This document shows, one piece after another, positions 48,012 through 58,099 of a DNA stretch of 64,000 bases. The notes below the pieces were generated by a model. It searched no databases. It was given only the letters and a program-made list of their open reading frames with translations, and had not been told where the DNA came from. Numbering within the stretch: position 1 is the first letter of the stretch; every line of letters begins with the position of its first letter. The position numbers and the translations under genes are program-made. This DNA is from an uncultured delta proteobacterium (GTDB taxonomy: Bacteria > Myxococcota_A > Polyangia > Polyangiales > Polyangiaceae), in NCBI GenBank assembly GCA_963782055.1, contig CAWAIF010000003.1:5440001-5504000 (forward strand), in the 5' to 3' direction.

Positions 48012-48044
48012 GGCGAGCGCCGCTGCGGCGCCGCCGCGCTCGCC
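48012..48044. terminator. GC hairpin between the tRNA-Cys-like gene and the convergent LuxR gene
   Basis: GGCGAGCGC...GCGCTCGCC 9-bp inverted repeat; no U-tract. Confidence 0.4.
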
Positions 48045-49082
48045 TCACCTCCAGAACGCGGCCACCACCGCGGCGCGCGACTCGACCTTCGCCTTGCCGA
48101 GGATGGCGCTGACGTGCAGTTCCACCGTCCCCACCGCGCAGCCGAGCTTCTCGGCGATGACCTTGTTGGCGTCCCCCAGCACCAGACACCCGAGCACCTG
48201 CGTCTGCCGCGGCGTCAGCCGCCACGCCCGCGCCATCCGCCGCAGCAGCGCGTCGTCCACGCCCTGCGCGCCGCTGTGGAACACCACCAGGCGGTGGGTG
48301 GGTACACCCCGGGCCGCCACGCGGAGCACCGTGGCGCGCGGGTCCTTCCCGGCGGCGACGGCGGCGATGCGGTCGCGCACCCGGCGGCCGTCGGCGACGA
48401 GCAGCTCGCGCCCGGCGCGGCTGGCGAGCACCGGCCGAGAGCGGCCGTCCACCAGGAACGCCGCCGCCCCGAGCAGGTCCAGCGCCGCCGCGAGCCCCAC
48501 CTCGTGGAGGCGGGCGTGCGCGAGCGACTCCTCCAGGCGCAGCCGCTCGACCAGGACCGGCACCACCGCGCGCAGCACGTCCCGCTCGCGCACGCCGAAG
48601 CGCTCCGGGCGGAAGGCGCCGAGCCACGCGAGCAGGCGCGGGCCGTCGCAGAGCAGCACGCGGATCTGGTCCATCCCCCCCACGCCGATGCGCGGGAAGA
48701 TCTCCTCGTAGAGGCGCGCCGTGGTCGGCGTGATGCCCCCCGCCTGGATCTCCGGCAGCCGGAGCACCCGGTTGCGCTGGGCGCGCTCCGGGCGGAGCGG
48801 GTCGTAGGAGCCGCTGGCGCTCGGCGACCGGCGCAGGAATGCCCAGTACGGGCGCAGCCCCTTGCGGAAGGGCGAGGGAAACGTCGTCAGGTACCGGTAC
48901 TCCCAGCCGGTGGCGTCGGCGGCGGGGGCGAGCCGGTGCGCCACGGCGTAGGTACTCCTCAGCAAAGTGCCGAGTTGGGGAACTACCCAGTCGAGGACGC
49001 GGTTCCCCGCCGGCTCGGCGCGGACGCGCGCGCGGAGCTCGCGGAGCGCACGGCGCTCATCGGCAGTCGAAGCGCTGGACAC
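48045..49082 (-). CDS. LuxR-type C-terminal HTH regulator with GAF/PAS-like N-terminus
   Basis: LTPRQTQVLGCLVLGDANKVIAEKLGCAVGTVELHVSAILGK. Confidence 0.85.
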   Translation of the reverse strand: MSSASTADERRALRELRARVRAEPAGNRVLDWVVPQLGTLLRSTYAVAHRLAPAADATGWEYRYLTTFPSPFRKGLRPYWAFLRRSPSASGSYDPLRPERAQRNRVLRLPEIQAGGITPTTARLYEEIFPRIGVGGMDQIRVLLCDGPRLLAWLGAFRPERFGVRERDVLRAVVPVLVERLRLEESLAHARLHEVGLAAALDLLGAAAFLVDGRSRPVLASRAGRELLVADGRRVRDRIAAVAAGKDPRATVLRVAARGVPTHRLVVFHSGAQGVDDALLRRMARAWRLTPRQTQVLGCLVLGDANKVIAEKLGCAVGTVELHVSAILGKAKVESRAAVVAAFWR

Positions 49083-49153
49083 ACCCCAGCAGTATCAGCA
49101 CGACGCGCGCGCGGGAAGACTGCACGCGACGCGCGTCGCCGGTCGATCATGCC

Positions 49154-50824
49154 TCAGCCGTGACGGCTGGCCCCGCACCCTCTTGCCGCGCGACGCCGGA
49201 TCAGGGCCGCGCCGACGGCGGCGGTGGCGAGAAGGAGCGCGCCTCCGCCCCGCCCGGGCATGCCCGCGGTGACGCAGCCGCAGCCGCCCGAGCCCTCCCC
49301 TCCTCCGCCCGCGCCGCCGTCGTCGGTCAGGCCCGCCTCGTCGCCCGGCGTGAGCCCGCCGTCGGCGCCCACGCCCCCGTCACCACCGCCGCCCGGCTCC
49401 ACCCCTGGCGGCGGGAGGGCGGCGGGGTCCTGCAGGATGACCGCGCTCCGCGCGGGGACGCTGAGCGAGCCCGCGGGCACGTCCTTGGTGTAGGTCAGCG
49501 CGTACGCCGGCATGGTGCCGGCGGCGTCGACCGCCCCGCCGCCGGTCCACTCCGCCTGCTTCATCGCCCTGGGCACCGTGGCGGTGAGCGCGGCGCCGGA
49601 CGAGTTGACCAGCACCATCCCCGCGACGTAGTCGCGCTCGTACAGGCCGCCCTGCGCGCCGCCCTTGCCGGCGACGAGGAGCTGCTCCACGTCCGCCGGC
49701 GGCTCGGCGACGTACCCGCCGAGGTCGATCTCGTACTCCGGATACCAGGTGATGTCGGAGTTGCCGAACATGATGTAGCTCGTGCCGTTGCGCACCAGGA
49801 GGTAGGTGCCGATGAGCAGCTCACGCTCCGCCATGGTCAGGTCGGTGCCGGCCTTGGTGACGTCGGCGATCCACGTCTTGGCGTTGCCGGTGACGTAGCG
49901 GCTTATCCGCCGGACTGACGTGTACCAGTCGCCCGCGTTGGCCGTCACCGCCTGCCAGTTCTCGGTGAACGCGCCGTCGGTGCCGTCCAGGAAGGCCGGC
50001 TCCTCGTCGATGAGGGAGTCCGGGTTGGGGATGACGAGGTAGCGCCCGTGCGTCTTCGTCGGGGCGAAGGCCTTGCGCAGGTCGTCGAAGTACTGCGTGG
50101 CGCGCGGGTTCCACCACGCGGCGAGCGCCCCGTGCGAGGAGCCGCCGGCGAGCGGCGACCACCAGCCGCTCGGCTGATAGCCGTACCAGGGGTGGAAGGC
50201 GACATCGAAGAAGAAGCCGGTGGACTCGGTGGTGGCGAAGGTCTTCGCCCACGTGGTCATGGTGTCCGCCATGTACTGCTTCCACTCCGCCGACGTGATG
50301 TCCATCAGCCAGTACGGGTCCGGGTAGAAGATGCGGTCGCTCGTGAAGCCGGTGCTCGTGCCGTGCTGGTAGGCGTTCTCGCGCGTGAGGGAGTGCGCGG
50401 TGACGTATGGCGAGAAGACGTCGGTGTCCTCCTGGCCGTACGTGTCCGGCCCCACGATGTTGCCCACCGGGTTCTGCTGGTCCGCGCCGTTGAGCCCGTA
50501 GGCCAGGTGATAGACGAGCACCAGGAAGTCCGGGTTCATCTGCCGGTACTCGTCGATCTGCTTCTTGAAGACCTTCTGCGTCCCCACGTAGTGCGTGACG
50601 ATGAACTGCTTCTGCGCCTGCGAGATGGACTGCACGGCGTCGGCGAGCTGGTCCTTCCACACCAGCACGTAGCGCCTCGTGGAGGGCAGCGGGTGGGTGA
50701 GGCCGCTCGGCTGCAGCACGGCCGGCGTGAGGGGGTAGGTCACGCCCTTGGGGTGGGAGTCGGCGAGCGCCGGTGGCGCCACCCCCAGCACCAGCGAGAA
50801 GACGGCGAGATGGCTCAACCTCAT
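49154..50824 (-). CDS. Secreted putative glycoside hydrolase (GHL15-like) with MYXO-CTERM sorting signal
   Basis: Signal peptide; NPDFLVLVY, WLMDITS.EW, GFFFDV, DGAFTENW, YERDY..GMVLVNSS; C-terminal GCGC-linker-hydrophobic-RRR tail. Confidence 0.65.
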   Translation of the reverse strand: MRLSHLAVFSLVLGVAPPALADSHPKGVTYPLTPAVLQPSGLTHPLPSTRRYVLVWKDQLADAVQSISQAQKQFIVTHYVGTQKVFKKQIDEYRQMNPDFLVLVYHLAYGLNGADQQNPVGNIVGPDTYGQEDTDVFSPYVTAHSLTRENAYQHGTSTGFTSDRIFYPDPYWLMDITSAEWKQYMADTMTTWAKTFATTESTGFFFDVAFHPWYGYQPSGWWSPLAGGSSHGALAAWWNPRATQYFDDLRKAFAPTKTHGRYLVIPNPDSLIDEEPAFLDGTDGAFTENWQAVTANAGDWYTSVRRISRYVTGNAKTWIADVTKAGTDLTMAERELLIGTYLLVRNGTSYIMFGNSDITWYPEYEIDLGGYVAEPPADVEQLLVAGKGGAQGGLYERDYVAGMVLVNSSGAALTATVPRAMKQAEWTGGGAVDAAGTMPAYALTYTKDVPAGSLSVPARSAVILQDPAALPPPGVEPGGGGDGGVGADGGLTPGDEAGLTDDGGAGGGGEGSGGCGCVTAGMPGRGGGALLLATAAVGAALIRRRAARGCGASRHG

Positions 50825-50927
50825 GCGTCCAAGCGGACCACCATCCGGGGCCCGAGGAAAGGCTCTCCCGCGGGCGCCCGGCGCACGGGGTCTTGGCGCT
50901 CCCCTGGCCCCGTGCTACGTCCGTGGC

Positions 50928-51959
50928 GTGAAAAACGCCTATATTTCAGGGGTCGGCGGGTACGTCCCGCCGCGCGTGGTCACCAACGACGACCTGCGCG
51001 AGAAGTACGGCATCGACACGACGCACGAGTGGATCCTGCAGCGCACCGGGATCGAGGAGCGCCGCTACGCCGACGAGGGCGTGGGCAGCTCCGACCTGGC
51101 GGTCCCCGCGTGCAAGGAGGCGATCGCCAACGCCGGCATCGCGCCGGGCGACCTGGACATGATCCTGCTCGCCACCCTCTCGCCGGACATGCACTTCCCC
51201 GGGACGAGCGTCTTCTTGCAGCGCAAGCTCGGCCTGCCGGAGGGCGACGACCCCAAGTTCGTCCCGTGCATGGACATCCGCAACCAGTGCTCCGGCTTCA
51301 TCTACGGGCTGGCGACGGCCTCCTCCCTGGTGAAGGCGGGCGGCATGAAGCACGTCCTGCTCGTCGGCACCGAGACGCACTCCGCCGCCCTGGACTTTTC
51401 CACGCGCGGCCGCCAGGTCACCTCCCTGTTCGGCGACGGCGCGGGCGCGGTGATCGTCAGCGGCACCGACGAGGAGCAGGGCCTGCGCAACTTCTTCCTC
51501 GGGGCCGACGGCCGCGGCGCGGAGGCGCTCTGCCTCCGCCTCTGGGACATCGCCAAGCGCCCGTACGTCCCGGTCGACGCCGAGGGCTTCGGCCACGTCA
51601 CGCCGGAGATGCTCTGGCCGCAGATGGAGGGCAAGACGGTCTTCAAGAACGCGGTCGAGCGCATGTGCATGGGGCTCATGCAGGCGCTCTGGGACCAGCA
51701 GCTCTCGACGAACGACGTCGACCTCTTCTTCTTCCACCAGGCGAACATGCGCATCAACCAGTACGTCGCGCAGCAGCTCGCCATCCCGGAGGAGAAGCTC
51801 GTCCACAACATCCAGAAGTACGGCAACACCACCGCCGCCACGATCCCGCTCCTGCTGTGGGAGGCCACGAAGAACGGCCGCCTGAAGCGCGGCATGAAGA
51901 TCGCGATGGTGGCCTTCGGCGCGGGCTTCACGTGGGGCTCCGCCATCATGGACTGGTGA
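50928..51959 (+). CDS. fabH: 3-oxoacyl-ACP synthase III family protein (paralog 2)
   Basis: GTG 50928; TTHEWILQRTGI, NQCSGF, LFGDGAGA, HQANMRI, YGNTTAA. Confidence 0.92.
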   Translation: MKNAYISGVGGYVPPRVVTNDDLREKYGIDTTHEWILQRTGIEERRYADEGVGSSDLAVPACKEAIANAGIAPGDLDMILLATLSPDMHFPGTSVFLQRKLGLPEGDDPKFVPCMDIRNQCSGFIYGLATASSLVKAGGMKHVLLVGTETHSAALDFSTRGRQVTSLFGDGAGAVIVSGTDEEQGLRNFFLGADGRGAEALCLRLWDIAKRPYVPVDAEGFGHVTPEMLWPQMEGKTVFKNAVERMCMGLMQALWDQQLSTNDVDLFFFHQANMRINQYVAQQLAIPEEKLVHNIQKYGNTTAATIPLLLWEATKNGRLKRGMKIAMVAFGAGFTWGSAIMDW

Positions 51960-52029
51960 CCGGCCGCCTCTGATATGCTCCCCGATCCCTGCCGCGGGCT
52001 CCGCCCGGCGGCCCCCCAGGAGGTGGATC

Positions 52030-53164
52030 TTGGAGCGCACGCGTAACGATCTCGGCTCGCCTCTCGGCAAGTTCTGTCTGGCGGTGGAGGAGCACCGCCG
52101 CACGCCCGAGGGGCGCGTGCGTACCGCCGAGCACTTCCTCGCCTTCTTCTTCCCGCCCGACGGCAAGGCGCCCCAGGACCGCATCTTCTTGCACATCCCG
52201 CAGGCGGTGCGCGGCCCGATCATCTCCGGCTGGGGGATCCGCGGCGCGAAGGCCGCCCTGCGCGACGACGACGAGAAGGTCTCCTCGGTGGTGTTCGACT
52301 CGCTCGTGGCCGGGGACCTGGTGGCCAACGCCTTCGAGGACGGGCTGCCGCCGGCGGTCGTGATCGGCTGGGCGCCGCTGGCCGACTGGTGGACCTTCTG
52401 GCGACAGAGCGCCCTCACCAAGCCGACGCTCCTCAAGGCGCTCGTCACCGCCTACGACCTCGGCCTCTTCGACGCCCGCTGGCTGCTGTCCACGCTGGAG
52501 AGCCGCGGCGGGGAGCTCAAGGGCACCGACGTGCTGAGCACCGGCCTGACGAAGGACGAGCTCGCGGAGTGGATCCGCAAGGTGCACGAGTCGGGCAACG
52601 GCTCGCCCAAGGGGCTCCTCGAGGCGCTCGGCTGGGACAAGCTGGTCCACAAGGCGCCCAACGAGGCGCTGCTCGGCGTGCTCGACGCCTTCGCGCGGAA
52701 GGTCGCCCTCGTCACCGAGCCGGAGCCGTCGAAGGAGGAGCCGGCGACCGCGGCGGGCGAGGGCCCGGCGGCGAGCTCCATCGCCAACGCGCTGACGCAG
52801 GCCGCCGACGGCAACACGAAGGACGTGGAGGAGGCGGTCACCAGCCACGGCGCGGAGGAGGACGCCGACGCCGCCTTCAAGACCGACCCGCCGCCCGCGG
52901 AGGAGGGGACCCCCGAGCCGACGACCGCGGAGGCGCGGGCCGCCGCCGAGATCCCGGTCGAGACGGATTCTGGCGCAGACCGGCCCCTACCCCGCCGCCT
53001 CGTCGGGCCGCGCGGAGACGGCGCCCAAGAGCGCCGCCGCGGCCACGCCGCCGGCCAAGGAGTCCGCCCGCAAGGTCGGCAAGGCGAAGGTCCAGGACGA
53101 CGACGACGACGAGGATGGCGACACCACCCTCTACCGCCACGGAAAGCCGGTCGCGCGACGCTGA
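52030..53164 (+). CDS. Hypothetical protein with an apparent one-base frameshift near 52966
   Basis: TTG start after RBS AGGAGG. GC3-rich coding switches frame at GAG ACG G ATT CTG GCG CAG. The corrected tail ...KAKVQDDDDDEDGDTTLYRHGKPVARR ends at TGA 53162-53164 and removes the overlap with the next gene. Confidence 0.65.
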
Positions 53165-53231
53165 CGTCCCGGAGGGCCGGGCGAAAAGCCCGATGGGCAC
53201 GGACACGGCGCCTGAGCTACCCTCCCGGCCC

Positions 53232-54245
53232 ATGCGTCAGGTCTGGATCACCAAGGCAGGCCCTCCCGAAGTGCTTCAGGTCCGCGAGGCCCCCGACCCG
53301 GAGGCGGGCGCGGGCAAGGTGCGCGTGCGCGTCAAGGCGTGCGGCATCAACTTCGCCGACCTGATGGCGCGCGTCGGCCTCTACCCCGACGCCCCCAAGA
53401 TCCCGTGCGTCGTGGGCTACGAGGTCTCCGGCGTCGTCGACCAGGTGGGCGAGGGCGTGGAGGGCCTCGCCGAGGGGGATCGCGTGATGGCGATGCCCTA
53501 CTTCGGCGGCTACACCGACACGCTCGTCGTCCCTCCGGAGCAGGTGTTCAAGGTGCCCGACGGCCTCGGCTTCGAGGAGGCCGCGGCGATGCCGGTCGTC
53601 TACGGCACCGCCTACAACATGATGCTCTTCTGCGGCACGACGCGGCGCGGGTCGACGATCCTCGTGCACTCGGCGGCGGGCGGCGTGGGGCTCGCCGTCA
53701 TCGACATCGCCAGGACACGCGACTGCGTCGTCATCGGCACCGCGTCGCGCGGCAAGCACGACTTCCTGCGCGAGCGCGGGTGCCAGCACCCCATCGACTC
53801 CCGCGGTGACACCGTCGCGGCGGTGCGCGCCATCGTCGGCGACGAGGGCGTGGACCTCGTCCTGGATCCCGTCGGCGGCAAGTCGTGGCAGGAGGGCTTC
53901 GACCTGCTCGCCCCGTGCGGGCGCATGGTCTGCTTCGGCTTCTCCGCGGCTGCCACCGGGGAGAAGCGCAACCTGCTGAAGGCGGCGCTGCAGCTGGTGC
54001 GGGTGCCGCGCTTCAGCCCGACGAAGCTGATGGACCAGAACAAGACGGTGGGCGGCACCAACATGGCCCACCTGTTCTCGCGGATGGACCTCTTGCGGCC
54101 CATGTTCGAGGACATGATGATGATGTACGAGCACGGCGAGCTGCACCCCCACGTCGATCGCACCTTCCGCTTCGAGGAGGCCGCCGCCGCGCACCACCAC
54201 ATCCACGACCGCAAGGCGATGGGCAAGGTGCTGCTCGTGCCGTGA
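53232..54245 (+). CDS. MDR-family NADPH:quinone/enoyl reductase (VAT-1-like)
   Basis: GINFADLMARVGLYP, VVGYEVSGVV, VHSAAGGVG, VDLVLDPVGG, GKVLL; start ATG 53232. Confidence 0.92.
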   Translation: MRQVWITKAGPPEVLQVREAPDPEAGAGKVRVRVKACGINFADLMARVGLYPDAPKIPCVVGYEVSGVVDQVGEGVEGLAEGDRVMAMPYFGGYTDTLVVPPEQVFKVPDGLGFEEAAAMPVVYGTAYNMMLFCGTTRRGSTILVHSAAGGVGLAVIDIARTRDCVVIGTASRGKHDFLRERGCQHPIDSRGDTVAAVRAIVGDEGVDLVLDPVGGKSWQEGFDLLAPCGRMVCFGFSAAATGEKRNLLKAALQLVRVPRFSPTKLMDQNKTVGGTNMAHLFSRMDLLRPMFEDMMMMYEHGELHPHVDRTFRFEEAAAAHHHIHDRKAMGKVLLVP

Positions 54246-54292
54246 CGACAACACCCGCGCCGCGCCGCGGGTTCGGGAATGCCGAGGGAACC

Positions 54293-55201
54293 ATGCACAA
54301 GGGCATCGTGATCACCACGGCGGCGCTCGGCGCCGTCCTCGCGGCGTGCGTGCCGCAGTCCAAGTACGATCTGGCCATCAAGGACGCGCAGCAGGCGCAC
54401 GCCGAGATGCACAAGAAGGACACCGACGCGGCGAAGCAGGCCGCGGCGAACAAGGCCACCATCGACGGCCTCAAGGGGCAGATCGACGGCCTGGGCAAGC
54501 AGCTGTTGCGCGTGGAGGAGGAGCTGGCGGCGGCGCAGAAGAAGAGCGCGGACCTGCAGGCGAAGCTGGACGACGCGACCGCCCAGGACGCCGCCCTGCG
54601 CAAGGAGCTGGACAAGCTCGGGCACAACGCCGACAAGCTCCTCGCCGAGAAGGGCACCCTGGCGAGCGCGCTCGCCGACGCCAAGGCCCGCCTGGAGGAG
54701 CTGCGCAAGGCGCAGTCCGACGCCGAGGCGCGCGCCGCCCTCTTCAAGCAGGTCGCCCTCAAGCTGCAGAAGATGGTCGACTCCGGGCAGCTCAAGGTGG
54801 TGCTGCGCCACGGCCGCATGGTCATCCAGCTCGAGAGCGACGTGCTCTTCGACTCCGGGCAGGTGCGCATCAAGCCGCGCGGCCGGGCCGCGCTGAGGGA
54901 GGTGGCGAAGGTCCTCGCCTCGGTCAACCGCGACTTCCAGGTCGCGGGCGACACCGACAACGTGCCCATCTCCACCGCGCGCTTCCCCTCCAACTGGGAG
55001 CTGTCCACCGCGCGCGCCGTCGAGGTCGCGCGGTTTCTGGTCGCGCAGGGCATGAAGCCGCAGAAGCTCTCCGCCGCCGGCTACGCCGAGTTCGATCCGG
55101 TGGCGTCCAACGCCACCGCGGAGGGCCGCGCGAAGAACCGGCGGATCGAGATCACCCTGCAGCCCAACCTGGCGGACGTGCAGCTCCCCGCGGTGAAGTA
55201 G
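54293..55201 (+). CDS. OmpA/MotB-family lipoprotein with coiled coil
   Basis: Lipobox LAAC; LFDSG, VAGDTDNVPI, NWELSTARA, GRAKNRRIEI. Confidence 0.92.
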   Translation: MHKGIVITTAALGAVLAACVPQSKYDLAIKDAQQAHAEMHKKDTDAAKQAAANKATIDGLKGQIDGLGKQLLRVEEELAAAQKKSADLQAKLDDATAQDAALRKELDKLGHNADKLLAEKGTLASALADAKARLEELRKAQSDAEARAALFKQVALKLQKMVDSGQLKVVLRHGRMVIQLESDVLFDSGQVRIKPRGRAALREVAKVLASVNRDFQVAGDTDNVPISTARFPSNWELSTARAVEVARFLVAQGMKPQKLSAAGYAEFDPVASNATAEGRAKNRRIEITLQPNLADVQLPAVK

Positions 55202-55298
55202 GCGCTGGAACCACAGGCGGGCAGCAGGCCGACCACCGGAGCCGCACACGCGGTCCTGGCACTCCACCGTGCATAAACAGGGCCCGCGGCGAGCTCGA

Positions 55299-56579
55299 TC
55301 AGAAGCGTCGTCGCGAGAAGAGGTACACGATCACCCCCACCGTCATCGCCCCGGCGGCCACGATCCACTCCTTCGCCTCCGCGCCGCTCAGGAGCACCAG
55401 CGCCACGAGCACCGTCGGGAAGGCCGACCAGGACTGGGAGGGACGCAGGCCGCGCTGCCGCTTGAAGGCGAAGTAGGCGAGGGAGAGGGCGACGATGAGG
55501 TACTGGATGACGACCGAGATGCTGGAGAGCACCAGCAGCTCGCCCAGGCTGCCCATCGAGACCAGCGCCGTCGCCGCCGCCCACGTCACCGCGAGCGCGA
55601 GCAGCGGCACGCCCCCCTTGCTCTGCCGCGCGAAGCGCGATTGCGGCGCGAGGGCGGAGAGGAAGCGCGGCGTCGTCGCCACCATGCCGAAGGCGATGCC
55701 CAGCGCGGAGAGGCTGATGCCGATGGAGACCACCACGTGCCCGAGCTTCCCGGCGTACGCCGAGCCCATCGCCACGAGCGGCGCGTGCTGGTCCGCCAGG
55801 TCGTGCACGCCGGTCACCGCCCCGTGCTGCAGCACGAGGTAGAGCAGCGTGGAGAAGGTGAGCGAGCCGAGCACCGCCACCGGGATGGTGCGCTCCCCCC
55901 CCTTCGCCTGCCCGGCGACGACCGGCACGATCTCGAAGCCCTGGAAGACGAAGGTGGCCGTCAGCGCCGCGCGCGCCCAGTGCACCGAGCCGGTGGGCTC
56001 GAGCGGCTGGTGGCCGTCCGCGGAGACGAGCACCGTCGCGGCGACGGCGAGCGCCACCAGCGGCAGCAGCTTGAGCACCGTCAGCGTGGACCAGATCCAC
56101 GCGGAGATCTCCACGCCCGTCGCCGCCACCAACGTCAGGATGGTGAGCAGGGCCACCGCCGCCACGTGCACGCCGACGGCGCCGACGCGGGCCGGCAGCA
56201 CGGCGCCCATGAAGCCCGTCATGACGGTGCTCATGCTGAAGAGCGCCGCGGTGTACGCGAGCCACCCCACCAGGAAGCCCGCCGTCTGCCCGAAGGCCTC
56301 GCGGGCGTAGACGACCGGACCGCCGTCCTCGTCGAAGCGCGCGCCCACGGTGGAGACCGCCAGCGCCACAGGGAACAGACCCAGCCCGGTCGCCGCGAGC
56401 ACCGCGATGCTCGTCCACCCCGGCGCCAGCCCCGCCAGCTTCTGCGGGGTGAAGAAGATCCCGATGCCGACGATGCCGTTGATGCCCAGCGTGAGCAGGG
56501 ACCACACGCCGAGCGGCCTCGCGTGCGCGGCCGGCTCTGCCCCCCGCGTGACGACCGCGTTGTCTCCAGGGCCCGGCAT
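55299..56579 (-). CDS. APC-family amino acid permease
   Basis: GINGIVGIGIF, GGPVVYAREAFG, FVFQGFE; about 12 TM helices. Confidence 0.9.
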   Translation of the reverse strand: MPGPGDNAVVTRGAEPAAHARPLGVWSLLTLGINGIVGIGIFFTPQKLAGLAPGWTSIAVLAATGLGLFPVALAVSTVGARFDEDGGPVVYAREAFGQTAGFLVGWLAYTAALFSMSTVMTGFMGAVLPARVGAVGVHVAAVALLTILTLVAATGVEISAWIWSTLTVLKLLPLVALAVAATVLVSADGHQPLEPTGSVHWARAALTATFVFQGFEIVPVVAGQAKGGERTIPVAVLGSLTFSTLLYLVLQHGAVTGVHDLADQHAPLVAMGSAYAGKLGHVVVSIGISLSALGIAFGMVATTPRFLSALAPQSRFARQSKGGVPLLALAVTWAAATALVSMGSLGELLVLSSISVVIQYLIVALSLAYFAFKRQRGLRPSQSWSAFPTVLVALVLLSGAEAKEWIVAAGAMTVGVIVYLFSRRRF

Positions 56580-56805
56580 GGACCGGAGCGACGTTACTTC
56601 GGGCGAAGGGGTCCCTCAAGGGCGAAGGGGCCGGGCGCCCCGAACGCGCACGCCCCGCCCGTCAACCTTCGCACGCGCGCTCTGCCGGCCCGGCAAACCG
56701 CATGAAACGGCGGTGGAGTGATTCTTGCTGAACGGCCGCCACCTCTGCGGCAACATGATTCCAGCTCGGCCTCGCGGCCCGGGCCAGAACTCCGGGAAGG
56801 GCTTC

Positions 56806-58089
56806 ATGCGCACGACCATCGGCTTCGGGACCTTGCTTCTCTCCGCCACCCTCTTCGCCTGCGGCGGCAGCACCGCCGACAACCCCACGAGCGACGGCGG
56901 CGACACCCAGGACGCCGGCGACACGCAGGACGCGGGCGACACCCAGGACGCCGGTCCCCCCGACACCGGTACGGTCGACGCCGGCTTCCCGGCGCCGCAC
57001 CCCCTGCCCCCGCAGGTCCAGAGCTACGGCGGCGCCGTCCTCAGCGCTCCCAAGGTCGTCCCCATCTTCTTCCAGAACGACGCGATGCAGGCGCAGCTGG
57101 AGACCTTCCTCGGCAAGCTCCCCGGCTCCTCCTACTGGAAGGACACCACCGGCGAGTACGGCGTGGGCGACATCTCGGTCGGCAAGTCCATCGTCGTGAC
57201 CGACGTCGCGCCCTCGCAGGTCACGCCGGCGTCGATCGAGTCCTGGATCTCCAGCCACCTGGATGGCAGCGATCCCAACTGGCCGTCCATCGACAAGAAC
57301 ACCATCTACACGGTCTTCTACCCCGCCAGCACCATCATCTCCGACAGCCAGCTCGGCACGAGCTGCAGCACCTTCGGCGGGTACCACGACGAGGGCAAGG
57401 GCCCCAACGCCTCGCACTTCATCTACGCGGTGCTCCCGCGCTGCAGCAAGTTCGGCAGCCTCTCCGGCGTCGACGCGGTGACCGCGGCCCTCTCGCACGA
57501 GCTCGTCGAGGCCTCCACCGACCCGACCGTCCAGACCGACCCCGCCTACGCGCTCACCGACATGGACCACTTCGTCTGGAGCGTCGTGCCGCTCGGCGAG
57601 GTCGGCGACATGTGCGCGTACGAGCCGCAGAGCTACCAGCGGCTGCTGGGCAACTTCGTCGTGCAGCGCACCTGGTCCAACAAGTCGGCCAAGGCGGGCC
57701 ACGACCCGTGCGTCCCCGTCCTCGCCGACCCGTACTTCAACGCGGCACCGGTGCTGAGCGACACCGTGAGCATCGACTACTACGGGCAGACGATCGACAC
57801 CAAGGGCATCCAGATCCCCGTCGGTCAGTCCAAGACGATCGACGTGCAGCTCTTCTCCGACGCCCCCACGACCTCCTGGACCGTGCAGGCGGTGGACACG
57901 GCGTACTTCAACAACCAGCCCGCCGAGCTGAAGTTCTCCATGGACAAGCAGAGCGGCCAGAACGGCGACACCCTCCACATGACGATCACCCGCCTGAAGA
58001 ACGGCAGCATCGGCGGGACCGAGTTCGTCCTGTACTCGCAGAAGGGCGTCCAGAGCGCCAACCTGTGGTTCGGCTTCGTGCAGAACTGA
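56806..58089 (+). CDS. Lipoprotein with Phi-1/EXORDIUM-like domain
   Basis: Lipobox LFAC; YGGAVL, FGGYH, ALSHELVEASTDP, GEVGDMC, VQRTWSN....C. Confidence 0.65.
   Translation: MRTTIGFGTLLLSATLFACGGSTADNPTSDGGDTQDAGDTQDAGDTQDAGPPDTGTVDAGFPAPHPLPPQVQSYGGAVLSAPKVVPIFFQNDAMQAQLETFLGKLPGSSYWKDTTGEYGVGDISVGKSIVVTDVAPSQVTPASIESWISSHLDGSDPNWPSIDKNTIYTVFYPASTIISDSQLGTSCSTFGGYHDEGKGPNASHFIYAVLPRCSKFGSLSGVDAVTAALSHELVEASTDPTVQTDPAYALTDMDHFVWSVVPLGEVGDMCAYEPQSYQRLLGNFVVQRTWSNKSAKAGHDPCVPVLADPYFNAAPVLSDTVSIDYYGQTIDTKGIQIPVGQSKTIDVQLFSDAPTTSWTVQAVDTAYFNNQPAELKFSMDKQSGQNGDTLHMTITRLKNGSIGGTEFVLYSQKGVQSANLWFGFVQN
56899..56952 (+). repeat. 18-bp tandem repeat x3 (GDTQDA) in the lipoprotein linker
   Basis: GGCGACACSCAGGACGCS three times. 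Confidence 0.85.
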
Positions 58090-58099
58090 GCGGCGCCGG

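Noticed and set aside
52955..52975. Programmed frameshift or fusion of the hypothetical gene with the downstream oxidoreductase (ORF 52389-54245)
   Set aside because: One extra G explains the frame switch; the corrected frame stops at 53164 and the oxidoreductase has its own ATG at 53232.
56692..56760. c-di-GMP-I (GEMM) riboswitch suggested by GGCAAACC...GAAA
   Set aside because: The following GACGCAAAGC and second-stem consensus are absent.
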